From NCBI RefSeq assembly GCF_002571385.2, contig NW_019218014.1, forward strand, positions 254,863 to 318,862: a stretch of 64,000 bases of DNA. The letters run 5' to 3'. The stretch is from Stylophora pistillata. Lineage: Eukaryota. The position numbers and the translations under genes were made by a program. Shown piece after piece: positions 37,701-50,315 of the stretch (position 1 is the first letter of the stretch; the number at the start of each line of letters is the position of its first letter). The notes below the pieces were generated by a model that was not told where the DNA came from, did not search any database, and saw nothing but the letters and a program-made list of their open reading frames with translations.

Positions 37701-39437
37701 GATTATCCAATGATCCAGTTTTTAATAATATCTATTAATCTATGCATTGTAATATCCCTTGTACTCAGGTTAGTCACACATACATGCACATCTTAATCTT
37801 CTTTACCCTTTAGCTCCCATAACTGACCAAGACAGAATTTCTCCTTACAATATCAATACAATATCAAGCAGACAGTGATGGGAATAAAGAGAAATATCAT
37901 TAGGAGGAAAATTAGTTGATCCGATAACAGATTCTCCACATTCACATCATAAGAATTGTAAGTTAGATGGTAAGGAGAATTACAAGTGAGATCTTAGAAA
38001 TGCAAGGGTTAATTAATTAGATAACTGCGTTAAATATTGAAAGATTGTAAGAGTGTAACCTCAGAAGTGCCTATCATGCTTGGCTGAGCAATCACTGACT
38101 AAAAATCCAGCCGGCAGCAGGCACTTAACAACAATCCTATCCACCCAGGACTAAAATGCTGACCTTCCATTCCAGAGTTCAGCATGAAACCCTCTAGCTA
38201 TGCCACCCAATCTATGAAAGGATTGAGCAATCACTGACTAAAAATCCAGCCGGCAGCAGGCACTTAGCAACAATCCTATCCACCCAGGGCTAAAATGCTG
38301 ACCTTCCATTCCAGAGTTCAGCATGAAACCCTCTAGCTACGCCACCCAGTCTATGAAAGGATTGTACCAGAACTCAATGTAGATCAATTAAAAACAAAGG
38401 TTGGTGTACCTGTTATTCCACATCACAGGAGGAAAATTTAGATCATAAAAAAAAGTTTCAGAAACCTTGTTTAACAGCACATTAACCCTTTAATCCCTAA
38501 GAGTGACCAGCACCTAATTTCTCCTTACAATATCACCCCTGAGTCAAGCACTAAGGTCAGGAGAATTAAGGAAATGATCACCAACTAAAGAAGCTCTTGA
38601 TTTTCAAACAAAATCTCCTTTCAGCACCTTAGGAAATTTATAGAGAACAGTATGGAGAATATGCATACTGATGTTAGGTTTAACTATGGTGATTCTTACT
38701 TCTTTTCTGTAGTCCTTTCTGTCCACAACTACTTCAAAACCAAACATACCAGAGACTGATAACAACTCCTGATGTGAAGCAAGGCAATGAAATGGTCAAT
38801 TTCCCAACATATTGAAGCTACCAGTCCACTCAAAAATAATAAGTTATTTATTATACCTCTGATCAGATTAGTACTGTATGTTGTTTTTAAACTTTTGGCT
38901 TAGTTTAAAATGTTTTAAAACATTCTCATGTTATTTTAACGAATAAGAGAAAAGAGGAAATTGACAATCAGACAGGTTTCAAAAAGTTAAATCAGGAGAA
39001 AAATCGAATCATAGCAGGAACATTACACATATGGTTGGAATAAGAAGTAAGGCCATCCTGACAAAGCTCACAAATCTACCGCAAATTTTCTTGTTCAAAG
39101 AATAAGTTCTCTCATTGCTTTAGCATCCCAGCCAATATCACCTTGTCAGAGGCTCATAAGTATAATTATGATAATTATATCTCGCCGCCTCTGTGTTCTT
39201 TCAGCAGGCGCCTAACAGTACATCCCAATGGAAGTCCTGCAGCCTTCCTCTAGGGCTATCGTTAATTGCGCTTGTGCTTTTCCTGAATTAAACAGATAAC
39301 TACAAAATTGAATGCCTAGGTATACCCCCAGATGAAACAACCTTTCTTCTACCTACCGATATTCTAAAATCCACGTGTTCTTGGGCAAAAAGACATACAA
39401 ATTGTACATTTGTTTTTCCCTCCACTTTGTTCGCCAT
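27880..39437 (-). CDS. TRMT11: tRNA (guanine(10)-N2)-methyltransferase TRMT11, 15 exons, 454 aa
   Basis: Phase-consistent GT-AG exons: 39357-39437, 38700-38768, 36905-36978, 34748-34829, 34118-34210, 33307-33441, 32845-32958, 32123-32165, 31830-31910, 31288-31326, 30287-30418, 29854-29926, 29107-29241, 28662-28782, 27880-27972 (1365 nt). Motifs FAQEHVDFR, FIGNTSMD, VFDPFVGTGS, GSDID, DAIITDPPYGIRE, GRLVYWLP, SRRLITMEK. Confidence 0.95.
29325..29495. repeat. (GACT/GACC/GGCT)n tetranucleotide microsatellite
   Basis: Imperfect CTGA/CCGA/CTGG run in TRMT11 intron 12. Confidence 0.9.
29617..29650 (-). ncRNA. Minimal type I hammerhead ribozyme (intact core) in a Penelope-derived repeat (about 29500-29700)
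   Basis: Minus strand GCT-CTGAGGA-A-GGGC(TAAC)GCCC-GAAA-CGTC-AGC. Confidence 0.75.
30427..30484. repeat. (AAT)n microsatellite
   Basis: AAT run up to the N-gap. Confidence 0.95.
32183..32359. mobile_element. Palindromic MITE
   Basis: AATAGCCCATTTCCGAATTACCCTTGGCCTCATTTTCAAAACGAG ... CTCGTTTTGAAAATGAGGCCAAGGGTAATTCGGAAATGGGCTATT, about 55 bp TIRs. Related half at about 26850-26895. Confidence 0.85.
33043..33088 (-). ncRNA. Type I hammerhead ribozyme within an about 167 bp insert in a (TA)n tract
   Basis: Minus strand ACTGCA-CTGATGA-GGCC(AAGAA)GGCC-GAAA-CAGTACTG-TC-AGCAGT: canonical core, palindromic stem III, GUC triplet. Insert 33039-33205 is flanked by (TA)n on both sides. Confidence 0.85.
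35519..36698. repeat. Palindromic Penelope-derived repeat, present in inverted orientation on both sides of an N-gap
   Basis: 35519-35791 is itself a fold-back. 36460-36698 is its reverse complement. Contains broken hammerhead motifs. Confidence 0.8.
37453..37730. mobile_element. Non-autonomous element with a palindromic head
   Basis: AACAATTATTCCACGAACGCGTGTTGGATATGAGATGAT / ATCATCTCATATCCAACAAGCGCGAGTGGAATAATTGTT hairpin at 37453-37538. Right boundary approximate. Confidence 0.55.
38085..38362. repeat. Tandem duplication, 2 x 139 bp
   Basis: Unit starting TGAGCAATCACTGACTAAAAATCC at 38085 and 38224, few mismatches. Confidence 0.95.
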
Positions 39438-40404
39438 TTTGAATTTAGCGGAAGTGTGCTTAGCTGTATCACTGGACAGCAGCTAACCGCGCGAAAAGTC
39501 AAAAACAAAATGGATTTTCGAAACATTCGCAAAATAAGCATTAGAGGTTAGTTTTCCAGCTTGTGTTTCAGTGTTATGCGGTCTTGCAGGTGTGTGGAGT
39601 TTTTTAAAAGCAAGGATGGTTATCTTAAAAATTTTATGGTTAAAACAATAACGATAAAACTTTAGGGCAGGACCTTTTTTTTCTTTTTGAAATCAGGTCA
39701 TTCAACTCCTTAAGACTCGCGCGTAGGAATCCAGAATGCGAGGGTTCTCTCCATGGAATCTCTGCTCTTTTTTAGGCAAAATGGGTATAGAAGCTGGGAA
39801 AGATGGATTACGATCAATCTTCATCAGATGCTGATTACTCAACAGAAGTTGAATGAGACGTGGAAAGGCTTACGTATAGTTGGCTGTTCAGTTGTTATTT
39901 TCTTCAGTTCTCTTTTTTTCTTTATTCGGGAGTGAAGGGAATAATAAATAATTTCTATATGAATAACAAAGACCTTGACGACGTAAAAATAAATCAAACA
40001 CAATGTGGAGAATATTACTTAGCGAAGTATACCGCATTCACCCGGTTTATAGTTTTAGTAAAGTGGGTTCCGCTCTCGTTCAAAACAGGTGGAGTACGGA
40101 GTATAACGAAAACAGACCAATGGGACTTAGTAAAGGGTGACAGTCTGGCAGAGGTGAAGATTACAGTGATTAAGGGGAAAAATTCGGGACTTTGACGACC
40201 GACCGCTTTATACAGGTTCGACTGTATTTGTTTGTTCATTCGGCATGATATCATTTGTTTTTCTGTTCTCTATCACTCCTTATGCACTTTGAGTCTTTTC
40301 CTTGAGATTAAGTGCTTTTTTTGCGGCCATTATGCGAATAAAGAAAATATTTAAGTGGCCGTTATGTGAATAAATAAATATTTAGGTGTCGTCGCGCAGA
40401 AATT

Positions 40405-42704
40405 TCAAACAGAATTTGTATTTCTCGAGATGATTTCATTCCAGTCCGGGTAATAGAGCTCTCTTATCCTCTGAGCATGCCTGTGAAGGTTCTGTGCTTT
40501 TGTCTTGATAAGTTCATCAAACGGACTTTCTGGAAGATCCCAGGCAGATGCAGCAATGAAGGCAAACAGTGCTACATCAGCAAGGCAAGGTTTTTCTCCA
40601 AACAGAAATTTCTTTTTGCCTAAAATTTCCGATACTGCCAATAAATCTCTCTCAGCGATTCCATACAACTCTTGTTCCGAGTGTCGACCCATTCCATGTC
40701 CCCACAGATCCCGTTTGATTTTCTTCGTTATGTGGTGAGCTATCAGATGTTTAAGAGGGAAGACGAGATGGCCAAACTTTTTAGTGAACACCTTCCTTCG
40801 ATATTCTGCTCCAAATGCAGACAACCAACGGCAATAAACAAGAGCCCTGTCAAAGATGAGAAATATTTAGGTGACAAAACTTTAGGCTCTGAATCCCTTT
40901 TTTACCTTAAGTTGACCACTTTCATTACCTTAACACTTTTGTGGCAGAGATTTTTCTTTTTTTTTTTAGCAGCGAAACTACTACCAGTCATGAGCGGCAA
41001 AGCCACGGTCGTTGGCTTTGCCGCTCACTCTCAGCGGTTTTGCTGATTAAAAAAGAAAAAAACCCTTTGGCACCCAGCGCATTTTGTATTGAAATAGTAT
41101 TAAGCTTATAGCCAACGGAATCTCAAAAAGATTCCTCCAATTGCTTCTATGACTGAGAGAATATTTTTCAGCAGTACAATCTCTAATGATTAAATCTGCA
41201 ATATCCTGATATCCGTCGTGATGACGGAGGAAAAGGATATAAACTTATTTTCGCTTTAGAGCGGAAATTACCCGAAGTTTAGAGAAAAATGAACATGTAA
41301 TCGTTCGTATCACAATTTGAAGTCAGATTTTTATCACGACGTTTCGGCGACTGCTATACTGCCAGTTTTCGTCAGGTGACGAGGCCAATAGTTTACTTTT
41401 CGATACATATGGCACCTTCGTGTGTTGTTATTTGTGTGTTTTGGTTGTTGGACGGCTGATATCATTCTAGAGAAACTTGAATAAGAATTTCCTTGTGGAA
41501 GTGACCTTTGATCCCTTTTTCTAATTGGTGTAACACGGCTATGTCAGTTACCCATTACTGTGGCCACCCTCAACTACTTGTGATATTTAAAGAACTACCG
41601 TAATACATAAATTAAATAATTAATTATGAGAAAGGTTAGTCTTAAAATCCTAAATTTTACAGTAGCCGTAGCCACTGATCCAATGTGTAAGTAAGGCCAA
41701 GTGATCAACTATGTTCCCACAAAAGTAAACAGAACTTCGAAGGGAAGCTCCGAATTAAGCTTAAATATTTCGCGCAAAATTGGTCGACCAAACTGATGTT
41801 TTGATATTAATTTTTGTCTCGGAACTACATGAAAAGGAAAAAAAACTCCGAAAGTTCGAAATCTAACACAAGCCTGGTGATGACCTGTTCAAAAGGCCAT
41901 CGTGCTCTCTCTGGGATTGCTTTTTGCTACTTATTTCTATACGCTCAAGTGGGACTGGAAATGTCTCTCCAATTTGTCAGCCCCCTTACCGCCCTTTTCG
42001 CGGTTTTTTTTTTCTTCTAGCCAAAGTGAGCGAACGTCAGTTTTGAATGCCTATAGGCAGTATACCATCAAGGCCCTTCGCTCCTATTTAGATCATCTTA
42101 TGAAATCAGTACAAGTTAAAAGAAAAGATAACTGAGAACTCTCTACGATATAATCTACACGAATCGTCAATATTTGCACAGGCTCCAAATACTTTTCCAT
42201 AACTTTATATCCTGTTTGATGAGCGTAATCATGAGATCCTTATGTGCCCTTAGCACAATACATTAAAATTCATGCTTTTATTGAGGAAGTCGGTTTAGGA
42301 TACACAAATATAGTGTAGGGTAAGAAATTAAAACAAAATGACTTTTAAAGCTGCACTTACCAATAAGTGTTTTCCTCCAGCATGGTTCGAACACTGTGGG
42401 CGATGGCCTTTTCTGTGTCGTTCATATGAGAATCAATGTCCACTTTGAATTCCCGTTTCAGGAACTGGATACAGAAATTGGAATCAGCGATTTCTTGTCC
42501 ATTAAACTCAATCCATGGCATTTTCCCCTTCGTAGAAAACTTCAAGCGATAGTCGTTTTGGTACGGAATTTTTGTCATACGAAGGAAAGTTTCCAGCTTC
42601 AGACAAGGCGGAGAACCATTGACTGATGACTCAGTCGGAGCAAAATGGTGCAAGGTAATTGTTTTTCGCTTGGCAGCGACCTTTTTCCTCTTAAATATCT
42701 GCAT
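40405..42704 (-). CDS. FAXC: FAXC-like paralogue B, about 261 aa, no N-terminal TM
   Basis: Exons 42361-42704 (TG|GTAAGT) and 40405-40846. Exon 2 is nearly identical to paralogue A. Confidence 0.88.
41333..41380 (-). ncRNA. Minimal type I hammerhead-like motif with an irregular stem II
   Basis: Minus strand GTCAC-CTGACGA-AAACTGGCAGTATAGCAGTCGCC-GAAA-CGTC-GTGAT; stem I GTCAC/GTGAT. Confidence 0.55.
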
Positions 42705-45700
42705 CTTAGTTAGGTTACAACTGGTGAACTGCTTAATCCAACTGGTTTAGATTTTCCGGCTAGAGCTGCGCTTTATTTATTACATACACTCAAGAGTGGA
42801 TAATGTGTCCTTTCCTCATGAATAAAAGTATGTCTATTTTTAGTATTTCTATTAGCTTAGACATTGTACGCCGTAAATTTAACTTAAATACGCCATCACT
42901 CAGATACGAAACTGATCCGCATTCTTCTCGACTTGAAACCACTTCTGCGCTAGATTGACGCAACTTTCAGGACGGTTTATCCCCTTAATACTTACCTTAT
43001 TGTTATTCAGTTAAATTACTAGTGCTTTCCTTGTTCTCTCCCTGGAGAAGGAAAAGCAATCAAAGTAGTCATTTATAGTTTGTGCATCATGGAAACTCTT
43101 TTAACCTAAATGTCCGCGGGGGGCCATCATGAGCGGACCGTATATTGATCTTCCGAGATATCTAGATGTTCTTGATGCTAACAATAAATCAATAATTTTC
43201 ATAAAAGTTGCTAGGTTCAGCTCAAACAAATTTCCTATCGTGACGAGTGCTATATGTTTTACTGAATTAACTTCGTATCGACCACGTTTACACAACCCTT
43301 CGAATTCTTATTTAGCTTCGCTTCATCTCTCCAAAGCCACTTGTTGCTTTCAGTTCCTCATGTAACACCTGGCGACGAGATATTCTTAAGAGGGTTAGAG
43401 AAACATTTTAGGAAAGACTTCCGGATCTCTGATAAAAAAAATGCAGTGTCAAGGTGATGAAAGCTTGACTAATAATTCTTTGTGAGTTCAGAAATCTAAT
43501 TGAAAATGACCCCAGGCTCGGATTTGGCAAGTTTACAAAGTAACGAAAGTTCAACGTAATGTTTTCCTTTTCCGAACTAAAAAAGTGAACTAACAAGAGA
43601 CCAATTTCTTGGAGTTTTAAACATAGGAGTGAATCCCACACAATCAGGTTTCATTTCCTCATATTCAACGTAATTTTTTTTTTATCTAAATAACAAACCT
43701 ATTAAGAAGAGAAGTTGATTCTTCCACAAAAATGGGGAAAACCCGTACGATCAGATTTCCATTTCCTCTAAATTCAAAGATTTTCGAATTTTCTAGAGAA
43801 TTGTTTTTAAAGCATTACTGTTTCCTTTGTCAAATAGGCACCTTATGCTGTATCGGCTTCTGCCAAAGAGAGAGAGAATCGAGAATTTGCAGTTTTAAAT
43901 CCAGTTCTACTCCTTTAATGCTTTAATCAGCGTTCAAAGTGATCACATCCCAGCGATTCAACTCAAAAAGACATGTAGACAGATTGGGTAGCGTTACCTA
44001 GACGAAGAAAACAACACAAAACAAAAACAGATTCTTCGTACTTGCGACGATGACACCTTTGCCAAAATTTATTCCCCAATTTCCGTGACGCACTCTCATG
44101 ATGTAGAGTAAAAGAGGGCAAGTGTCAACAAAAGCTGTGTCGGGTGTCGGTGGGAGAGTATAACAAGATAATTTGGTTTTATCAACTGAGTTGATTATCT
44201 CAGTTTATAAAACCAAATTATTGAAATTGGCTCCGTAAAGGAAATGTTTTTTAGCTTTATCACTCTTAAGGAAGTTTGTTTATTAGTATTCCGCAATGAA
44301 AAAGTATTGTTCGTAAGGTAAACCGCGCTATGACGTCTCAGGATGCGAGGTCAAACTGATTAGAGATTAAACGGATTTAACGCAAAAATACTTAATGACA
44401 ATACTGGCAATAAAACAATTGAGTGTTTTAAATTTTTGTGGATTCTGCGAGTTGGCCGTAATACGCCAAGATAACAACTTATGCCACCTTTCTTTTTTGC
44501 TAGGGTAATCATCGTCTGCCGGTGTGCGTAAATAGACAAGTTTTACGTGCATGTAGGTATCACTGTTAGCAATGTAAACGAGGCTATTTTTGTTAAGCTA
44601 TCCTCATTAGTAAGTTATGTTAGTCTTCTAAGTCATGTAAATAATATTTTTTATTGAAAAAGATGATTTTATATACTTTCAAGCATTTTAATTTCTGGTA
44701 TTATATTATTATTTCAATTAGGCTCTTGTAAATCTCAGTTTTTTGCATGTATATATATTGTTTTCTCCCTGTGCATAGCTTTTATTCTTTTGTTAACATC
44801 TTTTGTGTTTGTCAAATTTTGATTGTGTATAGTAGGTCCACATCAGCCCTTCGGCTGCCAAACAATCTCAACCTACTTATCAAAGAAAGTTTACCTTACT
44901 TTACCTTTACCTATTTGTAATCATGAATTACCGAAACCGAGATCTGAGATATATCCCGAAGCCGAGAGGTTATAAACTGCCTATGGCTGAGGCAGATGAC
45001 TCAGAGGCAGATGACTCAGACGCGAGATTTCATAATTCATGACATCATGCGAAAACAGAATTCAATAATTGTTTTATACATTTCTTGAATAATCTTCGAA
45101 AGAAGACACACTACAAGGACGCGGAACTTTGAAACAAGGCATACTTTAAACTCGTCATGATAAATGCAATATCTGCTGCAGACTTGGGTTAACATGTCAA
45201 CTTAACCCATTATTGAATATATTGATTGAATGCTCTCGACCAATCAGATTTCAACTTAACCCATTATTGTATATATTGATTGAATGCTCTCGACCAATCA
45301 GATTTTTCATCGTAAGTCTAATGTGTGTAATAAGACTTATGTACTGTAATGAGTCTATTCTGTATCACGTACAGTGTACTGTAATTTATTATTATTAGCA
45401 TCATTTTTTATTCTGTGTTTTAAACAGTTTTTTTCCTGACATCTGGTGATCGTGAGTTTGTGCTTTAAATAGTTTGTTAGTGTATCATGGTGTTCGTCTT
45501 TTTGCAAAGCATAAATAAAAATAAGGAAAAAATTGTGTCATTATTTCTAAGATATTTAGAATTAGCAAAGGGATTTAAAGAAAGGGCCTCACTGCCGTTT
45601 GTTTCAACTTTTCGACAAAGTTTGCAGCGCCCTACTTCAACTTTGCTACAACCTAACTGTCTTGCAAAACGTCGATCGCACAATTGGTGCAAAGAGTAAG

Positions 45701-45817
45701 TAATAGTAAAGTGCAAATCCACGTATGTCGGTGCTCTTCTAACGGTCATCCAAATCCATTCGTTATGAATAAAAATAATAACAAACATAGGGAATAAAGA
45801 AAGATCTTTACGAGAAT

Positions 45818-47753
45818 TCAGTCAGATTTAAGCTTCTCTGTGATTTCATCCCAGTCGGGATAGTAAAGATCTTTCATTTGCTGGGCATGCCGCTCAAGAT
45901 TTGTTGCTTTAGTCTTGGTGAGCTCGGCAAAAGGACTTTGAGGACAATTCCACGTGGCACATGCAATAAAGGCGAAAAGAACAGCATCGGCGAGGCAGGG
46001 TTTATCTCCAAAAAGGAATTTCTTTTCCCCCAAAACTGCCGACGCCGCAAGGAGATCCCTCTTAGCTATTCCATACACGTCTTGTTCCGAGTGTCGCCCA
46101 ATACCCTGGGACCACACATCTCCTCTACATCGCCTCTGTATAAAGTAGAATATCACATATCTGAGTGGCCAGGAAAAACTTCCAAACAGCTGCATTCGCG
46201 TGTACATGGCATAATCCGGTGAAAAAAAGCGGTAGTAAAAAAGGGCCCTGTAAAGGAAAAGCGAATGAACGTTAGGTTTTCACCTACGGTAGCTTGGTTA
46301 GGAAGTACTATGCAGCAGTGTTCCATAGACGCTCTGTCTGACCTAGTTGAACGGGTAATTTTACACACGAGACCGGCTCGATAAACGCCAGAGATTATCA
46401 CTACCGTCCCGATGGGAAGGGATGTGTCCTGGATGGAATGCTAACCTATCACGTGGAGCAGGTAATTCCACTGCCACCCTCCCTCCTCCTCCTCCTTCCG
46501 CGCCCCCTCCCCCCTTAAAATGCTTTTCAATCAATAATTCAGCTGCAACTGACAACAACGATGGCAGCATCACAAACGAAAAACGGTAGTAGTGGAAGAA
46601 ACTCAACCTTCCAGAGCATTGAGAAACACTAGAAACGGTAACAAGAAACAGAGATAACATCATGGACAACGACATTAATTGCTAAGTCAGCAAAAATAAA
46701 CACTCTATGGCTTCATATTTCTCAGGCGCTTAGTGTGTTGTGCAAAAAGGTTTGAGACTCCAACATCGGTCGTCGTTTTAGAGGCTAGACTGAAAGGATT
46801 AATTCTAATCTAGGCAACAGCATAGCGACAAAAAAATTTTACCGGAACGAATGGGAGGATATTGGTCGCCTACGCCAATTTCTCAATTCACGAACAGCTG
46901 AACATCTCAACATCTCAACATCTGAACACGCGACAAATCAAGTTGGTTCCAGCAGTCTAGTTCGTTTGAGGCGAGTTTGTAAGTTCTCCATTGTAGATAT
47001 AAGCAGTGAAATACAGAGATCACAATGCAACTGCTGGCACATATCGCCAGCGGCATTTAGGACGGTGCGTTACGTAATCCATCTTGAAAATTTGAAAATT
47101 GATATTAAGCGGTTTGCTTGCGACTCTTCAATGAATTTTTTCAACAAAGTACTGACTAGACTGGTAAACCAATACGAGACTCTACAAAAAAGAAAAATGC
47201 ATGACTTACCCCCTCCCCTCTGAAGTGGTAATTACGTAATCATTCGAACCTCGCTCGTGTGGAAAAGCTTACGAGTGACTCTCACATTTGGATAAAGGAG
47301 AAATTTTGATGAAAGGAAAGAGCAGTGATACAACACTTACCAATACGTGTTCTCCTCCAACATGGTTTGAATGCTGTGAGCAAGTCCTTTCGCTTCGTCG
47401 CTCAAATGAGAGCAGTCGATGTCAACTTTGAATTCATTCCTTAAAAAGCGAATGCAGAAATTGGAATCGGCAATTTCTTCTCCGTTTAACTCGATCCACG
47501 GAATTTTACCCTTTTTTGAAAATTTCAAACCATATCTGCTCTCGTATGGAATCTTTGCCATGCGAAGGAACGTTTCCAGTTTTAAACATGGCGGGGAGCC
47601 ACTCAAAGATAAGGGTGAGGGAAGAAACTGGTGTAAGACAACTGTGCCAGGCTTAACAGGTCGTTTGTTCTGTTTTCTGCGCCGTCTTCTGGCTATGAAA
47701 TAAATGATGAAGAGTGCAACAGTAATGATTCCAACAAGCAGTTCTGTTTTCAT
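45818..47753 (-). CDS. FAXC: FAXC-like paralogue C, about 280 aa, with N-terminal TM anchor
   Basis: Exons 47341-47753 (MKTELLVGIITVALFIIYFIARRRRRK...EENTYW) and 45818-46247, same phase-2 intron. Confidence 0.9.
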
Positions 47754-48397
47754 CGCGTTCTTCACAGGGCACAACTGGGATGTGTGCGAGAATAAATGCA
47801 AATAATAAATGAAATTTGTAACGCAATTCAAAAACTTTGCGAAGTGATGGTGGAGTATGCCGCCAGTGCTCGATGGGAGTTATACTAAATTGATTCTTCT
47901 CTAACTTCCCATTTGCACTTATAATGATGTTGAGTGCAACAGATGCAAAAAAAAAAACAACAAGTTGGGGAACTTGTCTGAAAATGAAATAATTTCTATT
48001 TCCTTTTTGTATTGCCTGAGAGAAAATGCTGTTTTGGCAATGCAAAGAAGCTTCTGGATCGTAAGGGAAACTTGTGTTTACCTTCTATGAAAAGTGGCTG
48101 GGAATTTAAAACAGATTGCAAAAAAATAGGGAAGCGAGAGGCGAGAAAGTTCACGCCGGTTTCAGTACTGTTATGCTAGAAGAAAATGTCACGTTAAACG
48201 GTGAAAAGACTCTTATCACTGATTTGTGAACTGATGCATAACTAATGATTATTTGAATTAACCTTTTGAGCTATGCTTATCTTGATGCGATCATGACTCG
48301 GCATATGCAAAATTTGGGGTTAAAATCACGCTTGCGTGACAATCCCGCAACGGAGCGCTACAATCAATATTCCCGCATACATCTTGCACTCAAAAAG

Positions 48398-50283
48398 ATG
48401 CAGGTGTCACAGTACCTCGGTATCCCTGCTGTCGTCGTTATTTTCGTTTATATCATCGCGAAGACGTTTCAAGGGAAAAAAAGGAAGAGATCTGCCAAAC
48501 CTGGAACGGTAGTTCTTCACCAGTTTGCTCCTACCGAGTTATGTGTGTCGGCCTCTCCGCCATGTTTGAAGTTGGAAACTTTCCTTCGCATGACAAAGAT
48601 CCCGTACGAAAATGAATACGGTTTGAAATTCTCTAAAAAAGGGAAAATACCTTGGATTGAATTCAACGGGCAAGAAATAGCAGATTCTAATTTCTGTATT
48701 CAGTTCCTAAAGAAAGAGTTCAAAGTGGACATCGATTCTCATTTGAATGCAAATGAAAAAGCAATCGCTCGCACTGTTCGAACAATGCTGGAGGAAAATA
48801 CTTACTGGTGAGTGAATATTGAACTACAATTTCAAGTGGCTATTGTATTTTGTGCTTTGAAATTACTGAGAGTCCCTAAAAGCTCGAAATAAAATAACAA
48901 GTGTATTTTAGAAAATACGCCTGCAGCGATACGCTTCGTTGATTCGCAGATGCCATTTTAAAATTGTCGGGTCAGGATCAAGTTTAATCGTTTCATTCTT
49001 CAAAACAAGGTCTTTATTCATAAACTGTGTAGGAGTTTTCTACGTTATACCGCCTGAATTGTTCCTAACCCCTCCCCACTTACTCTTCCCGAACAAGGGG
49101 GGAGGGGAAGAGGATTCCTTAATTGATCGTAATTTACTCAAAGTGTCTGATATGTTTGGTGAATCTCGAACAATTTTACAATTCTGCCTCTTGCAAAGGG
49201 TTTCTCTTTTAGAACGCCTTGGCCACCGATAGAGACTAGCATCTAATTTCTCCTTACTATATCACCCCTAAATCAAACATTAAGGTCAGGAGAATAAAGG
49301 AAAAGATCACCACCTTGAGAAGTTCTTTAAGGGTGAACAAACTCTGCTTGTATGAACACCAGTGTAACAGGTTAAAATGGGAATTTTCAATACACTTCGT
49401 CTTGTATTATTTAAACAAGGTCGAGGTTCCAGGGCTCCAGCGTTGGCTGCTTTTCTTCCCCCTCTAGGGTACCCTACAAGCAAAAATGATCACACCAACG
49501 GGAATTGGGGAGAAAGGTCGATGATACGCTGTTAGCGTTAGGCGCACTTTTTCATTGCAAAGTGAAGGTCACGTGTCACGTAAAGCCCTAGAACTATCAG
49601 AGGTACGCCCATGATAACTGCCAATATTTATTTTGTGCTTTCAGGGAAACTAGGTAATTTTAACTGATAACCTTTGCTTATATCCTACCACCTCGAAAAT
49701 TATCCTGATCTCTCCCAATAACACGGTTTTACTCATTGCAAGGTTTTTTTTGCTCTGAAATTCCAAGGAAGATCACTTGTCTATCCCTCACCCGTACATA
49801 GCCACCATAGCCGTACCTGTGCGACCCTGTGATTTGTGGTTTATTTACAGGACCCTTGTGTACTACCGATTCTTTACTCCCAGCTTTGCCGAAAGAGCAC
49901 GCGAAATATTGTTTGGTCATCTCATCATGCCGATCAAATATCTTGTATACTATATGATTAAGAGAAAGGTCAAGAAAGATTTATGGTCGCACGGAATTGG
50001 TCGACACTCTGAGCAGGAGGTCTATGGAATAGCAGAGAGGGATCTTCTTGCTGTGTCAGAAATTCTGGGGCAGAAGAAATTCCTATTTGGTGAAAAGCCT
50101 TGTCTTGCTGACGTTGCAGTATTCGCTTTCGTCTGCGGAGCAACTTTGGAATGTCCACAAAGTCCCTTTGCAGAGCTCACCAAGTCTAAGGCCCAGAATC
50201 TTCAAAAACACGCCCAGCGAATGAAGGAGCTGTATTTTCCAGACTGGGACGATATCATTTCCAAGAAACCTAAGTCTAGTTAA
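48398..50283 (+). CDS. FAXC: FAXC-like paralogue D, about 280 aa, with N-terminal TM anchor
   Basis: Exons 48398-48807 (MQVSQYLGIPAVVVIFVYIIAK...; TG|GTGAGT) and 49851-50283 (TTACAG|G). Confidence 0.9.
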
Positions 50284-50315
50284 AGGAGATTTCCGGAAAT
50301 CTCACGACCTCGTTC

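Noticed and set aside
48266-48397. N-terminal extensions of FAXC-D (and FAXC-C 47754-47831)
   Set aside because: The ORF-track starts are TTG codons and the extensions are not conserved between paralogues. The chosen ATGs give equal-length proteins beginning with the TM helix, although upstream in-frame ATGs exist for D.
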